A stretch of DNA of 64,000 bases from Camelus ferus (Eukaryota): NCBI RefSeq assembly GCF_009834535.1, contig NC_045697.1, positions 18,416,001 to 18,480,000 of the forward strand. The letters run 5' to 3'. Positions 50,443-62,938 of this stretch are shown here, one piece after another. The notes beneath the pieces are model-generated. The model saw only the letters and a list, made by a program, of their open reading frames with translations, had not been told where the DNA came from and made no database searches. The translations under genes were made by a program, and so were the position numbers. Position 1 is the first letter of the stretch. Every line of letters starts with the position of its first letter.

Positions 50443-51192
50443 TTTTTTTTAAATGTTATTTATTTATTTTTAATTAAAGCATAGTCGATTTACAGTGTTG
50501 TGTTAATTTCTGGTGTACAGCTAGTGATTAATTTATACGTATATATGTATTTCTTTTCATATTCTTTTTCATTATAAGCCACTACAAGGTTTTAAATATA
50601 GTTCCCTGAGCTATACTGTAGGACTCTGTTGTTTATCTGGTTTTATATATAGTAGTTTGTATCTAATAATCCCAAACTCCCAATTTATTCCTTCCCATCT
50701 TCTCTCCCCCCAGTAATCATAAGTTTGTTTTCTATGTCTGTGAGTCTATCTCTGTTTTGTAAATAATTCATGTCTCTTTTTTTTTTAAGATTCCACATAT
50801 AAGTGATATTACATGGTATTTTTCTTTCTTTTTTCTGGCTTACTTCACTTAGTATGACAATCTTGAGGTCAATCCACATTGCTGCAAATGGCATTATTTT
50901 ATTCTTTTTATGGCTGAGTAGTATTCCATTGTATAAATATACCACAACTTCTTTATCCAGTCATCTGCTGATGAACATTTAGATTGCTTCCCCATCTTGG
51001 CTATTGTAAATAGTGCTGCTGTGAACAATTGAGGTGCATGTATTTTTTTGGATTGAAGTTTTCTCTGGATATATACCCAGGAGTGGGATTACTGAATCAT
51101 AGCATAATTCTATTTTCAGGTTTTAAAGGAATCTCCATACTGTTTTCCATAATGGCTGCACTAAACTACATTCCCACGAATAGTGTAGGAGG
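50443..51192 (-). mobile_element. Young L1 3' end including ORF2 tail
   Basis: Antisense 3'UTR as in the other copies; ORF 50685..50945 contains KIMPFAAMWIDLKIVILSEVSQ (ORF2 C-terminus). Confidence 0.9.
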
Positions 51193-51734
51193 GGGTACCC
51201 GATCTCTTAAGAGATACATAAGATTTGTGTTCAGTTGGGCTCTTAGGGGCCAGTATTCCCCTTTGCCCATTCTGATCTGTCCTGTCAGTGTTAGATTCCC
51301 CTTTGCATCCTCCCAGCTTCCAGGGCTGACCTGTCTCTCTGGAATGCCCAGTCAACTTGTGGCAGCACAAATGAAGAGAGATCTCCTCCCCACTCCTTCA
51401 GATTCAGTGCCAGTGTCACATTTCTCGGACCCAACTGAAAGAGTAACCTCCTCTTCTTGGCCATTCCTCTGACCTGGATCACAGAAGCATGACATCTGTC
51501 ATAGTGCTATTGTGATTACGCATCTATGTAACTGTCACTTCCATGATCCTTGAGGGCAGGGAAAACTAACACCGCGCCTGGTGCGTGTCATGCATTTGTT
51601 GAGCCAACTATGCTGTTATTCCTGGTCTCTCTTTCTCAGAAGGCCCCTCCCTCGCTTCCTTGGAGACATTTCTAGGTTATATAGCTCCAGTTTTCTCCAA
51701 CCTCCACCCTCCCTGTTCAGGGGAGTTAAAGACA

Positions 51735-51900
51735 CTGATTCTCAAACTTGGCTGTGCTTTAGAATTAATGAGGGTATTTTTAAAATACTGACTCTAACCC
51801 TCAGAGATTCTGACTTATTTAATCTGGAGTGTGGCCTGGGCATCAGGATTTGTAAAAACTCCTCAATGATCCTCATGTGCAGACAAGTTTGAAGGCCATT
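51735..51900. mobile_element. MER5-like hAT element
   Basis: ttctcaaacttggctgtg...cagagattctgacttattt...ggcctgggcatcaggattt. Confidence 0.7.
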
Positions 51901-52197
51901 GGGAGGCAGGCATTTTTGGTCAACACCCAGCACCTCAGCCTCGAGTCAGCCCTGCTGTCTGGCCCCGTCTAATCATGGGTTCCCCGGTGCTGGCCAGTAA
52001 GCTCTTCCACTGGGCTTGAAACTAAGCTCCTTCTGGTGAAGGTGGCGGTGGGACTCCACGGATAGGGAGCTAGCGGCTGACATAAGACTGACCTGGGTTC
52101 AAATCCCAGCCCCACCAGTGAGCTAGAGATTTGACTTGAGACAATTTTCTCAGTCTCTCTGAGCCTTGATTACCTAACGAATAACATGGGATAATGG

Positions 52198-52560
52198 TCT
52201 CTTAGTCATCTTCTACTGGGTAATGAACCATCCTCGAAATTTAGTGGCTGAAAGCATGACATTTAAGCTTTCTCGTAATTCTGTGGGATGACTGGGCGTT
52301 CTTCTGGTCTGGACTGGCTCTGCTGGGGCTGGATGGCCTAGGATGGCCTGCTCAGATGTCCAGCAGTTGACTGGATGTCTGCCTGGGTGATGGAGGTGGC
52401 TTGGCTGGTGTCTGCGCCCCCACCACCAAGCAGGCCAGCCCGAGGTGGTTCACAGGGTGGCGGTCACGGGGTTCTGAGATGCTGCAACATCGTACTTTTC
52501 ATTCCTCTTTTTGCTAACATTCCTTTGCTCAAGGTTAGTTCAAGGCCAGTCTAGAGTCAG
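52198..52560 (-). mobile_element. MaLR LTR (MLT1F/H-like)
   Basis: aaccatcctcgaaatttagtggctgaaa...attctgtggg...ggctggatggcctaggatggcc. Confidence 0.55.
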
Positions 52561-54419
52561 TCGGGGAGAGAAAACCAAAGGACAGGGCTCTGCTTACTGT
52601 AACCGTGTATAATTCAAAAATGAAATATAGAATGAAAGCTCCACCAGCACTCCAGCTCCAGCAATTGGTCTTTTCCTTAGTGCTCTTGTGACCAGCAGTA
52701 ATGGTAATAATGGCCCAATATATATGGACCCCCAGAAGTTAAGTCACTGACAACAGTTTTGTTTCTTTGACTTGCACGCCATAATTTTTGTTGCAGGTGT
52801 TTCTTTGCAGGTTAGGTTATTCATTCATCTCAGTGAAAATTTTCAAATGAGTGAAAGCGCACCCTCCCCCTTCCTCCCAGGATTTTTATCATCCACTGGG
52901 AGAGGCATGCTGGTAAATGGAACCCAGAAGTCAACATGAACTTCAGATTGATGTCTGAAAGTGTCTTCGCTGCTTTCGCCTGTGTCAACCTGCACACAGA
53001 AATCCTTCCCCTTCAGAATTCCACACTAGACAAACATGTTTGTGAACAATGGAAATTTTACTGGAGGCTTCACTGGGGAAACAAAAAAAGGGGCACCTGG
53101 TACCCATCACAGTCATCAGCTTAAACAACCCATCTGGATGTTTCTGTTCTTCAAAGTTCCTCCTCTATTGCTCACCTCCAGGGGCGTTTTATCCACCACC
53201 ACCCCTTCCCTGGAGCAGCCCCCTAGCCTCACTAGCTCCCTTCCTCCTCTTGCCAGATTCTTTTGCAGAAGTGCTGCTCCTCTTTGTCATGCAAGACACC
53301 ACAGCTCCCTCTCTCTCTCTCTCTCATCTCCTCCACATCAAAATATTTCTTCTTCTTTTATTTGCAAAATTAGACCAACCCAGCTTAGAATTCAGGGTAG
53401 GAACCATCTTGTGTTACTCGACCATGTACTTTGAGATCTTATCCCTTGCCTCATCACAAAGGACTTACCAAGTTATTTATTCTGGTGTCTTCCCCAAGGA
53501 GACTTTTGTGAGTAAAACCCTTCTTCTTCTTCTCACAACTGCTTCTAATACCAGGCATTTTGAGTTTTCTGCAAGAGCAACAGGAAAGAGTGATACTTTC
53601 TAATGGAAGCATGACGGAAGGCTTCCTGGAGGAGGTGACATTTGAACCAACCTCTGATGAAACTCCTTTGAGAAGGATAGTCATTAGTTTCAAAATGAAT
53701 GATTTTAAAATGTGTTCATCTTTCTGATTACTTAGCCAATTCCTCAGGCCCTGTTCCATCTTTGTGTGCCATCTTCCATGCCATCCTGATAATACTCTTA
53801 ACTGGAGTCTTGGAGAAAGGGAGTTAACATTAGTTCCTTTTCTAGATAGTCACCAGGAGGGGACAAGAGGCCCAAGTTCCCACCTACTCATGGCATATGA
53901 GACATGGAAAAAAAACATTGGCCTTACAGTTTCAATTGCTCCCCCAAATTGTCCATGTGTCATTGGTTACTTCGGTTTTTGTTTGGCAGGGATTTATTGT
54001 TGCTGTTTTTCACATGCCTTGGATCTAGACTAATCTTGGCACTTAGATGTCCCCTGGCCTCACAGAATAAGATGCCTAGAGTTTGTCATCAGAATAAGCC
54101 AAGGACTGCAAAGAAATTACTCAGTAATCACTACATTATTTTATTCTTTGTGTCAAAAATGAGTTAGGTGAGAGAATTCATTCATCTCTTACTACACTGT
54201 GAGGGACAGAGGTCATTTTTCTCATAGGACTCAGGGCTAAAGTGGATGGTCTTCTAGACTTCCCTGCCACCGTTAGCTGAAACTGAAATTCACCAGGAAA
54301 AATATCTTCCTTTTGAGAAGATCACCTCCTGAAACAAAAACATGAATGCTAGTCCACTTGGAAGATGCAGAACTTTAATTTCCCACAGCATTTTGAAAGG
54401 TGTGTGTGTGCATGTGTGT

Positions 54420-54970
54420 ATTTTAGGCCTCTTTCAGTTGCAAGAGAAAATGATCCAACTGAAAGTAACTTAAGTAAAATGGACGTTTCAGTTGTTCATA
54501 CAAAAGAAAAGTCCAGGGTAGAATGGTCTTCAGTCATGGCTGGATCCAGGTGCTCAGATGATGTTGTGTGAGTTCTTACTCTTTTGATCACTCAGCTCTG
54601 CTCTTCTTCTTGTCAGACAAGCTCTCCCCACATGGTGTCATTGTGACCATCAGCAGCTTCAGATTGTGACCATCAGCAGCTTCAGACTTCATTCTGCCAC
54701 CTTTGGAGAAATAAATGTGCTTCTTCCCCAGTAGTCTTTGCAAAAATCCCAGCCTTGTGTCTCTATAACCTGAACTGGATTTTATGTCCATCCCTACACC
54801 AATTTTGGTGACTCTTAATTGGCCAGGCCTTGATCACACACTCCTGAAACAAGGTGAGTGAGGCAAACCCCAACCAGACTACCGGCACTAAAATTTGGAG
54901 GAGGACTGGTTCTCCAAAGAAAAACTTGGTTAAAAGAAGGGACAATGCCTGGGCAAAACCCAGAGCTGTC
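54420..54970 (-). mobile_element. Old MaLR LTR (MLT1K/L-like)
   Basis: ctctttcagttgcaagagaaaa...cttcagtcatggctggatccaggtgctcagatgatg. Confidence 0.6.
54640..54685. repeat. Perfect 23-bp tandem duplication
   Basis: attgtgaccatcagcagcttcag repeated twice. Confidence 0.95.
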
Positions 54971-56741
54971 ATTACAATGGAATGCCTACTTAATGGTGAA
55001 ATAAGTAAAAGAAAGAAAAAGGAAGGAAGCTGGTAGGATGTGGGCAAGGAGCAGTGGACAGGTCTATACTAAGCGAATTCGGGTTGGAAGGCCTGATTTT
55101 CAAACCAGTGGCATTGATTGTTGGTAAAAGCGATTATATCTCAAGACCTAGACATTTCTTTTTTAACTTCATCTGTGTCCAGTAATAGCTGACGTTCATG
55201 AATGTCACTGTCAACTGGGATTGTTGGTCGATGCCAGGCAGCCAGGTAAGCAAACAGCTGTCCATCAAAACTGAAGGAAAGAGGTTCAAATCCAAGGCAG
55301 AGAGAAGTCGGGAACTTGGCCCGTGTCGTGCACCATGAGGGAAGGAGGGGAGGAGGAGAAACCTCGGCAATTTGTTTTTAATATTTTGCTTGTTCTGGAT
55401 ACGAGGAAAGCTGCATATATTGGCTTCTGCCTAATGAAAACAGAGGGGGAGCCAGGCTGGAAACCTGGCCGGGTTTCCTCGCACAATTAGGTTTGTTTGT
55501 TTAGGTCTCTTTTTATTTGTTTTCAGATGACTCAGATAGGAATACTGTAGGCCTTTCAAAGCAAAGTGTTCTTCTGTGTATTTTGGGTCCAGGGCTTCGC
55601 CAAGTGCAGAAAGCTTTGGCTCCCTGAGGTTATTTTCCTATCCAAGGGTTTTTCAAACGTTCAAGTGGAGCTGGAAGAATGCCGTTGCGAGCCAGGTTAT
55701 TTTTCTTAGCAGACCCCAGCCTGGGGTTGCAGGGGGGACAGGCATCCCAAACATATAAACACAAAAGTCCCCATACGGCGCACAGGGCACCCATTGTGCA
55801 ATCTCTGGCGTGGCCTCCGCTGATGGCTTTGCCGTCTGTGCACTTAGCCCTCGCTGGAAACCTCTTCATGAGTCGGCCTCCTTCTCTCCAGAAACCGGTC
55901 CAGAGAGGGACTCTCCAATCCCTCTGTATCTATCTATAAACCTTTCAGCTTTGAAGACTCTCTGCTTTCATTGCTGAGGGTTGAAGTCTGACACCTCCGG
56001 CGAAATGCAGAGATATTTACAATCTGGGAAACTGCCAAGCGCCTGGCTGAGCTCCTCTGTCCAAGGGGAGCGACTTCACGGGGATGGTTTGCTCCTGGCC
56101 GGTTGACCCCGAGTCCAGGGCTTTGGGAAGAGCCTCGGGAGGCGCCGGGCAGTAGCCTCTCTACCCTTCCTGGATGAGCAAGATGCAGCTGAGGCAATGG
56201 CGAGACCACTCCAGGGTCCCTTCTTGGAGGCTTCTTTCCAGTAACTCTGCCTTGGCGTGATGAGTCAGAGGACAGAGACGGCCGAAGTGGTCCTGATTGT
56301 TTTCAAATACTAAGAGCTTATATAGGTGGCAGGAGCAGGTTTCCTAAATTCTTTGGAAGCTGGGTCCCAGCCTAAGAATCTCTGACGATCAGTCTCCCCT
56401 GCCCAGCTGCCTACGTTAAATGGAGGAGACCCGCCAACGTGTTGGCCGGAGAAGTACCTTCATAGTGAGTCACTGCAGTGAAACTTCTATTAACCAAGAT
56501 TTGGTTGTTCAGTGCTTCTCTCCCTCTGAATGGGTCTGTAAACTTTTCTGCTTTTAAGACTCTTCCTTCAGAGTTTGAAGTTTGAAATCTCCTGAAGCTT
56601 TTAGGAGGAAGACGTATTCTATTGAAATTCATACATTTCAGGGATTTCTTTTCAAAGCACTGTCTTCTAGAGCTAGACCCTGGGGTCAAACGAAATTCTG
56701 CCCCATCTCCTACATCTGCTACTGCAACCTTGGCTGGGCCA

Positions 56742-56776
56742 GGAACCTGGCCCCGTGTTGGAACCTGGCCCCGTGT
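56742..56776. repeat. Tandem duplication with 18-bp period
   Basis: ggaacctggccccgtgt at 56742 and 56760. Confidence 0.9.
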
Positions 56777-57130
56777 CTTAGAGGATTTGGGTGCAGGTCA
56801 TTTAGGGGGAGGTGAGCCCAGGAAGCACACGAGGGAGAGGGGAGGTGACTGGGCATCTGGAGCTCAGTCCTGCTGGGGTCCCTGTGAGAGGCTGTGTGGA
56901 ATATGACTCAGATGGTCCCACTGACGGGCAAGCAAGCTGCCCTGTTGGAGGTTTGCTCCTGGCAGGCTAACTCCCTGGCACTTCCAAACACACTCCCGCA
57001 GCCAGGGAATGTCCTCAGGCAGAGAGAGACATGAAGCCCCGGGCCAGCGTGGAACCCTCTGGAGGCCACTTCCGGGGTAGGTTGAGGGGCTATGGAAGGG
57101 GCACCAGCCTGTCTACAGCATCTGCTGTAC
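56777..57130 (-). mobile_element. ERVL LTR fragment (LTR16/LTR67-like)
   Basis: ggatttgggtgcaggtcattta...gaggtgagcccaggaagcac...ctcagtcctgctgggg. Confidence 0.45.
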
Positions 57131-57886
57131 CCAAAGTTGACATAAGGAAGGGCTCAGTCATCCGAAAAACAGGACTGTTTCCACTCAAGTGTGTTTACTG
57201 AGTCAGAAAGGTGGATGGATACGAATACCCGTTGGCATGAGTTCAAATGACAAAGGCTGAAAAGCGGAAGGTTTTGGTTCCACTCTCGGTTTGCTGTTTG
57301 GCCCTTTACTTAGCAGATGTTTACGGGCTGCCTACCCGAGTCAGGCTCTGCGCTCGGTGCCGGGGCTCAGCAGGGCAGAAGCCAGGCTCCGGCTCTGCCT
57401 CAGGAGACTGTAGCCTAGTGGGGGATGCAGACAAGCAAAGAGTTAATGCGAGGGAGTGGGACAGCAGCCGGAGGGGCCTCCGGTCTAGCTCGTAAGGTCA
57501 GGTGTCCCTTCCTTAACAAGGGAGGGGAACTTTGTTGCAGTGAGAAGGAACAGAATGTGAGAATGCCTGGAGGCACCAGGGCGGGCGTACTGAGTCAGGG
57601 CTGTTCTCCAGTAGGTGGTGAGTGGGAGTGGTGCCTGATAAAGCTGGACACCAATGGAGACCAGATCATACAGGACCCTGGCAGCCCCGCCACTGTGTTT
57701 CTGCTGTACACCAGAGCAACGAGGAATGGCTTTGTATTATTATTGCTATTATTTAAGTAACATTTACTTCTTTGTTTTATTGCCCCTTGAATCCCGTCTC
57801 TTCCTTCTGAGTTCAAGTTCCTTCTTCCTGAAGGCCATCTTTTATTAATTTTTCACTGATGACTGTGAGTAGTGAACTCTTTCAGT

Positions 57887-58972
57887 CAAGGGCGGATTCA
57901 GTTTTCTTGGGGCCTGAAGTTTATGCAATTTGGGGCCCTCTTTAAGAAAAACATTACAAACTATAAAAACAAGATTAAGAATGAAAGTAAATATTGACAA
58001 TAAGAAAAAAAATCTTGACAGTTTAGAAAGCTGACAAATAAAACAAACATTATAAAATCCAGAAAAACAACTTTTTAAATTAATTAACTATAATTTTTTT
58101 CTAACTTCTCCTCATGATGGTGGCTCTGGAATGACCATGGGTCTTTTGGGGATTTGAGTAGGAGGAAGATGAGTTGGCCTACATTTACTTTGGGTTTCAT
58201 GGGCTATTTTAGGTGGTTTGCAGTCATCTCCATGTATAATTTAGTTATTGTGGGGTGTACAGATTTTAGAATGGCTTCCAGAAATACTCCTACCATCCAC
58301 ATGCTGCCTTGCCTGGCACACAGTGTCAGAGGTTGGATGGAGATGCAAAAAATCCTACAATACCTGGCACCAAAAATATGTAGGTGTTCGAGAAACAAGG
58401 TTTACAATGTTTAGAGCCATTGCTAAGTTTACAGACTGTGGAAAATTCTTCTAATATCAGAAATGTAAAACTGTAAGTGGGGGGGTTCATTATTATTCAA
58501 TGTCTGGTCAAAATGGAAGTTTTATTCCATCAAGAATATATTTGAAGAATATGAAAATGAATATATGTACGTATATGCAGGACTGGGACATTGTGCTGTA
58601 CACCAGAAACTGACACATTGTAACTGACTACTTCAATCTAAAAAATTTTTTTTAATTAAAAAATTGAGTTAAAATATATTTGAGAATGCAGTGCATGCAA
58701 TTATAAATACATTATATATTTACAACTCATCATATGAGAAAGAAATTTCATAGAGGTTTTTCCAAAGTTGATAACAATCCTAAACACTGATGTGCCATTA
58801 CCAAAAAAGAGTTGTAAAGCTTAAAGAAAAAAATTTAAGTTATCAATAATGGAAAACAAATTTGATTAACCATGTTAGAGGAGAAAATGAATTCTCTTTC
58901 TAGTTTGTCTACAGAAAATGATATTACAAAATCATCACATGAAGAGGTGATTAAAGAATATATAGCTAAAAG
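57887..58972. mobile_element. hAT-Tip100 (Zaphod/MER115-like) relic with transposase dimerisation-domain remnant
   Basis: Terminus caagggcggattcag...ggggcctgaagttt; 58750-58970 on the plus strand translates IEVFPKLITIL...LPKKSCKA*RKKFKLSIMENKF/LTMLEEKMNSLSSLSTENDI, matching the hATC pattern with one stop and one frameshift. Confidence 0.75.
58546..58672 (+). mobile_element. Very short young L1 3' end inserted in the hAT relic
   Basis: gtgctgtacaccagaaactgacacattgtaactgactacttcaa; TSD aatatatttga at 58535-58545 and 58673-58683. Confidence 0.85.
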
Positions 58973-59489
58973 AATAAGTCTAAATGCAATATGGTACCCC
59001 GGATTGGACCCTGGAATAGAGAGAGGACGTAAAGGAAAAATTGGTGAAATCAGTGAGTAAATGACCCAATATAATCACAGGATTATTGATGATGCACAAG
59101 TTCAAGGATGCCAGGATGCCATTGAAGCAACTATTTGAATATTTGGATTTCCAAAGGCCAAAGCTAAAGCCAGAGGTGAAGAGCAGTTATTGGCCACGTA
59201 CAGAGGCCAAAGCTCCACTTTGTTGCACCTCTTGACCAAACCCAGCCCCCTCCCACTAGGGCCCATTTAAGGTCCAACGATCACCCCCAGGACACCCATG
59301 GCATCAACTCACGTGCTAACCACCCTGCACTAACCACTCATGCGTCAGCCACTCTCATTTTCTGTGTCCCTTTTGTTTTTGACACGAGAGTTTTTATCTT
59401 TCTATCTTTACAAACTCAGCTATATATTTAAATTTCTAGGTGTTTATACTTATATATATGGGTTTCCAAGTTAGTTTAGCTCACCAAGT

Positions 59490-60350
59490 CTCTGGGCTGG
59501 TTTTCAGCAGGAGAGTGGCACAGTGAAGGATGACTTAGAAGGTAATCCTGGCTACAGTATAGAGAATGGAGGTGTGGGGTAAAACAGAGACAAAGATCTG
59601 ATGGAATTCGATTGCAGAGATGATAAAAGGGGATTTCAGTAGGAGGACTCAGAGCGGAGAAGGAGAGAAGTGGATGGATTGAGGCACTTTAGAGGGACAG
59701 GAACAGAACTTGGTGATAGAGTGGTTTTGATGGCAGGAGGAGGTGGGAGTCTAAGATGCACCCAGTGCAGGGGTGGGGGTGCAGCTGGGTGGATGGTGCT
59801 GCCATTTCTTGAAATAGAAACAGAAGAGGAGGAGGAGGAGGAGAAATCCTGTAAGGAAGATGAAGAGTTCAGTGCCGAGTTTTAGATGCCTGTGTGGTAT
59901 CCAAGTGGACATCCCCAATTCGCAGTATGAAATACAGGTCAGAAGCTCGGGAGAGAGAGGTGACCACCCCGAACACGTGGATTTGGGACTTGCAGTGGGC
60001 GTTAGCTCTATGTAAAGTGCTTAGAAGGGAGCCTGGTGCACAGTAAGTACCATGTGTGAGCTGTCACTCACGGTCTCTGGAGTGGAGGAGACAGGCATCA
60101 ATCACATGCACTGATACAAACGTCTAACAGAGCTGAGCTGATGCAGGGAAAACGTGATGTGGTGAAGCCTGTAACAGGGGAAATCTGACACAGACAGGAG
60201 AGTCAGGGAGGGCTTTCCTGAGGAAGTGGCACCTGATCAGAGACCTGAAGGATGAATAGAAGAAACTAGGTAACAAGAGGGAGAAAGAACACTCCAGGCC
60301 AAGGGAACAGCAATGGGCAAAGCTCTGTAGAGAAGGAGTTGTGGGCACAT
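59490..60350 (-). mobile_element. L2 fragments with a short MIR
   Basis: gctgggtggatggtgctgccattt...agatgcctgtg...tccaagtgga; gtcagggagggctttcctgaggaagtg...gagacctgaaggatgaatag. Confidence 0.65.
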
Positions 60351-61159
60351 GTAAGCAGTTAACTGTTACTATGGCTGTGGGAGACCAGGGCAGCCTGTGC
60401 TTCTGGAAAGGGATGTCACCTCTCTGGGACAGTAGGCTAGAAAATATACAAGGTCCTCCTTTTACATCTCACATTCTGGAGTTCTGTGGTCCTTTTTTTA
60501 AAAAGAAAAAATTACAAGATAATACTGGGTGGTGCTCTACATGTTCAGAGGAACTTCTCTAGTAATAAATTGTAGAAATGATCCCTGAAAGTACAGCCCT
60601 TGTGACCCTTTTAACTTCTCACTTTTATAAAAAGGATTCTATAGAAAAGTTACAAGAATAGAATAATGAGCTTCCATAAATTTCCAAGAGGATTTACCAT
60701 TAAAAGTCTGCCGTATTTGCTTGTTTTATCATCTACCTACCTATTAATCAGGACATTTATACACATATATAATGTGTACATCCAAGTAAAATACATGTTA
60801 TTATTAGCTGAGCCATTTAAGAGCAAGCTTCAGGCATCACAATCTCTTCCTTAAACACGTCAGCATGCATTTCCCAAGCATGAGGGCATTCTCTTACCTG
60901 ACCATGGTACAGTGATTGAATTCAGGACTGGGTCTGCGATCCAGGGTTCTGGGACCTCTTTAAACATCAAGAGCCATCAACAGCAAGCCTCTACTGAACA
61001 CCTGCTGTGTGCAAGGTGCTGTCCTCTGCACTGAGTGCTCAGACTGGTGTGAGAAACAGATCAGCAGGCAGATATCTACAGTGAGACGTGGAAAGCGCAA
61101 TGGCAGATGTAAGCAGGAGCGCTAGGGGAGTGTGGAGGAAGGAGATCTGGGTAGAGACA

Positions 61160-61650
61160 TCTAGTTGTTAATCCATGTCCATCTTCCTTTCTTTTTCTCA
61201 CTACTGGGCCTTTGTACTAGTAGGGTTTCCAGTGTCCCCAACTCAAAAACTACCTTCTCCAGTTTCTCTTTTGGGAGACCAAAGACATATAGACAGAAGT
61301 TGTTGGTTAGAAATTCTGGGAAAGCTTATCAAACAGCCTAGCAAATTGGGAGGCACACACTTTGGCTCTTGACCCTTCTTCCTTCCTGCTGTTAGGAATG
61401 TCATTGAGATAGCTAGAGCTGCAGCAGCCATCTTGCAGCCATGAGGTGGCATTGAAAATTGAAGCTAATATGAGGAATGGTGGAGCAGAAAAACACAAGG
61501 ATACTGGGTAATTGGTGATAAACTGGAGCCACCACAGCAACCCTGAATTGCCTCCTCCAGCTCTTTAAGAGGAAGGAATTAATGATCTCATTGAAGCCAT
61601 TAATTGGGTTTTCTGTTACATACAGCTGAATGTAGTCCCAACTAATAAAT
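61160..61650 (+). mobile_element. Old MaLR LTR (MLT1H/J-like)
   Basis: gctagagctgcagcagccatcttgcagccatgagg...gggttttctgttacatacagctgaa. Confidence 0.7.
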
Positions 61651-61739
61651 CACCTGATACAATCTTGGAGATCCAGGGACAATTCCCTTTAGATTATGAA
61701 GGATAAGTAGGAAAGAATTGGGTAAAAGGGCAGACTCCA

Positions 61740-62725
61740 GAGTATAGACTTTAGCTTAAGTGTAGCAGAGGCCACTGAATGGACTTGAGGAGAGTCTCAG
61801 TATTGAATTTTAGTTATAGGAAGCAACAGAGAGGAAGTCATCTCTCTGATAGCTACACTTAAAGGAGGGGAAAGAATGAAGTCAAGAGAACTAGTAAGAG
61901 AGTCAATGTGACAATCTCTGCAAGGAATGACACAATCTTGAAATAACGCTGCACAACAGTGCTGAAAAAACAAGGGTTGTGCCTTCAGCAAGACCTGGGG
62001 GCCCATCTGGGCTTTGTGACTTACTAGCTATAATACCCTGAGCAAATGACACCTCAATGCTTCAGTCCTTTCCTACTTCCATGAGATTATTAAGAGAATT
62101 CAATGGGGCCACGCATGCACAAAGATGGAATCAACAGAATGCTAGGCCCAGTGGGATGGTAGGAGGGGGGAGTAAGAGAGAGAAAGGAGCTTAAAATATT
62201 TCCCAGACTTCTGTGGAAGAACCAGTTTGGGGAGAAAGACAATGATTCCAGTTTTGGATCTGCAGAGTTGGTGGTATCTCTGGCCATCTGTGTGGAGATA
62301 ACCCGTGTTCACCTGAACATGGATATAGATACAGAGCTGGGCAAGGGTCTCAGCTGGAGCTCCAGGGCATGATATCACAGCCCTCAGGCGAGCGGATAGA
62401 ATGAAAGACGAAGGCCAAGAGGGAGCCCTGTGGCTGGTGCTGGTGGACAAAGAGGAGTCATCAAGGAAACTGAAGAGGACTGGGTTCAAAGTCATAGGAG
62501 AAAGCAGTGTGTCTGAAAATTTAAGGGAGAGAAAATTTGCAGAAAGAGGCATCAGTAGCCTAAATGCTGCAGAATCATCAAATCAGATCTGAGAAGTTGG
62601 CCCAGGATTGAGGGACAAAGAGGTCACTGGGGCCCCATGGTTAACTGAGGGTCATCGGGCCATTGTAACTCAGGGTGATGATGGGGCTGGAAGGCAGAGT
62701 GTGGTCAGTGGAGAGGTAAAGAATT
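61740..62725 (-). mobile_element. L2 fragments
   Basis: ccagttttggatctgcagagttgg...aaggaaactgaagagga...aaatgctgcaga...gaggtcactgg. Confidence 0.5.
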
Positions 62726-62741
62726 AAGGATCGAGGAGAAA

Positions 62742-62938
62742 ACAAGTTCATACTGTATATAGCAAAGGGAACTATAATCAGTATCTTTTAGTAACTTACG
62801 GTGAAAAAGAATATGAAAACAAATATATGTATGTTCAGGTATGACTGAAACATTATGCTGTACACCAGAAATTGATACAACATTGTAACCTGACTATACT
62901 TCAATAAAAGTATATATGTGCAAAAAAAAAAAAAAAGT
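62742..62938 (+). mobile_element. Short young L1 3' end with poly(A) and TSD
   Basis: ctgtatatagcaaagggaactata...ctatacttcaataaaa...poly(A); TSD aggatcgaggagaaa (62727-62741) / aggatggaggagaaa (62939-62953). Confidence 0.9.

Noticed and set aside
50685..50945. ORF with a protein-like sequence (also 34732..35097)
   Set aside because: These are fragments of the L1 ORF2 C-terminus in truncated copies, not host genes.
55505..55560. Splice-acceptor-like tract (ttttatttgttttcag) and a similar one near 52790
   Set aside because: No convincing downstream reading frame and donor; an exon cannot be supported without transcript data.
59823..59842. Poly-Glu in ORF 59670..59885
   Set aside because: It is a short (GAG)n expansion inside an L2 fragment.
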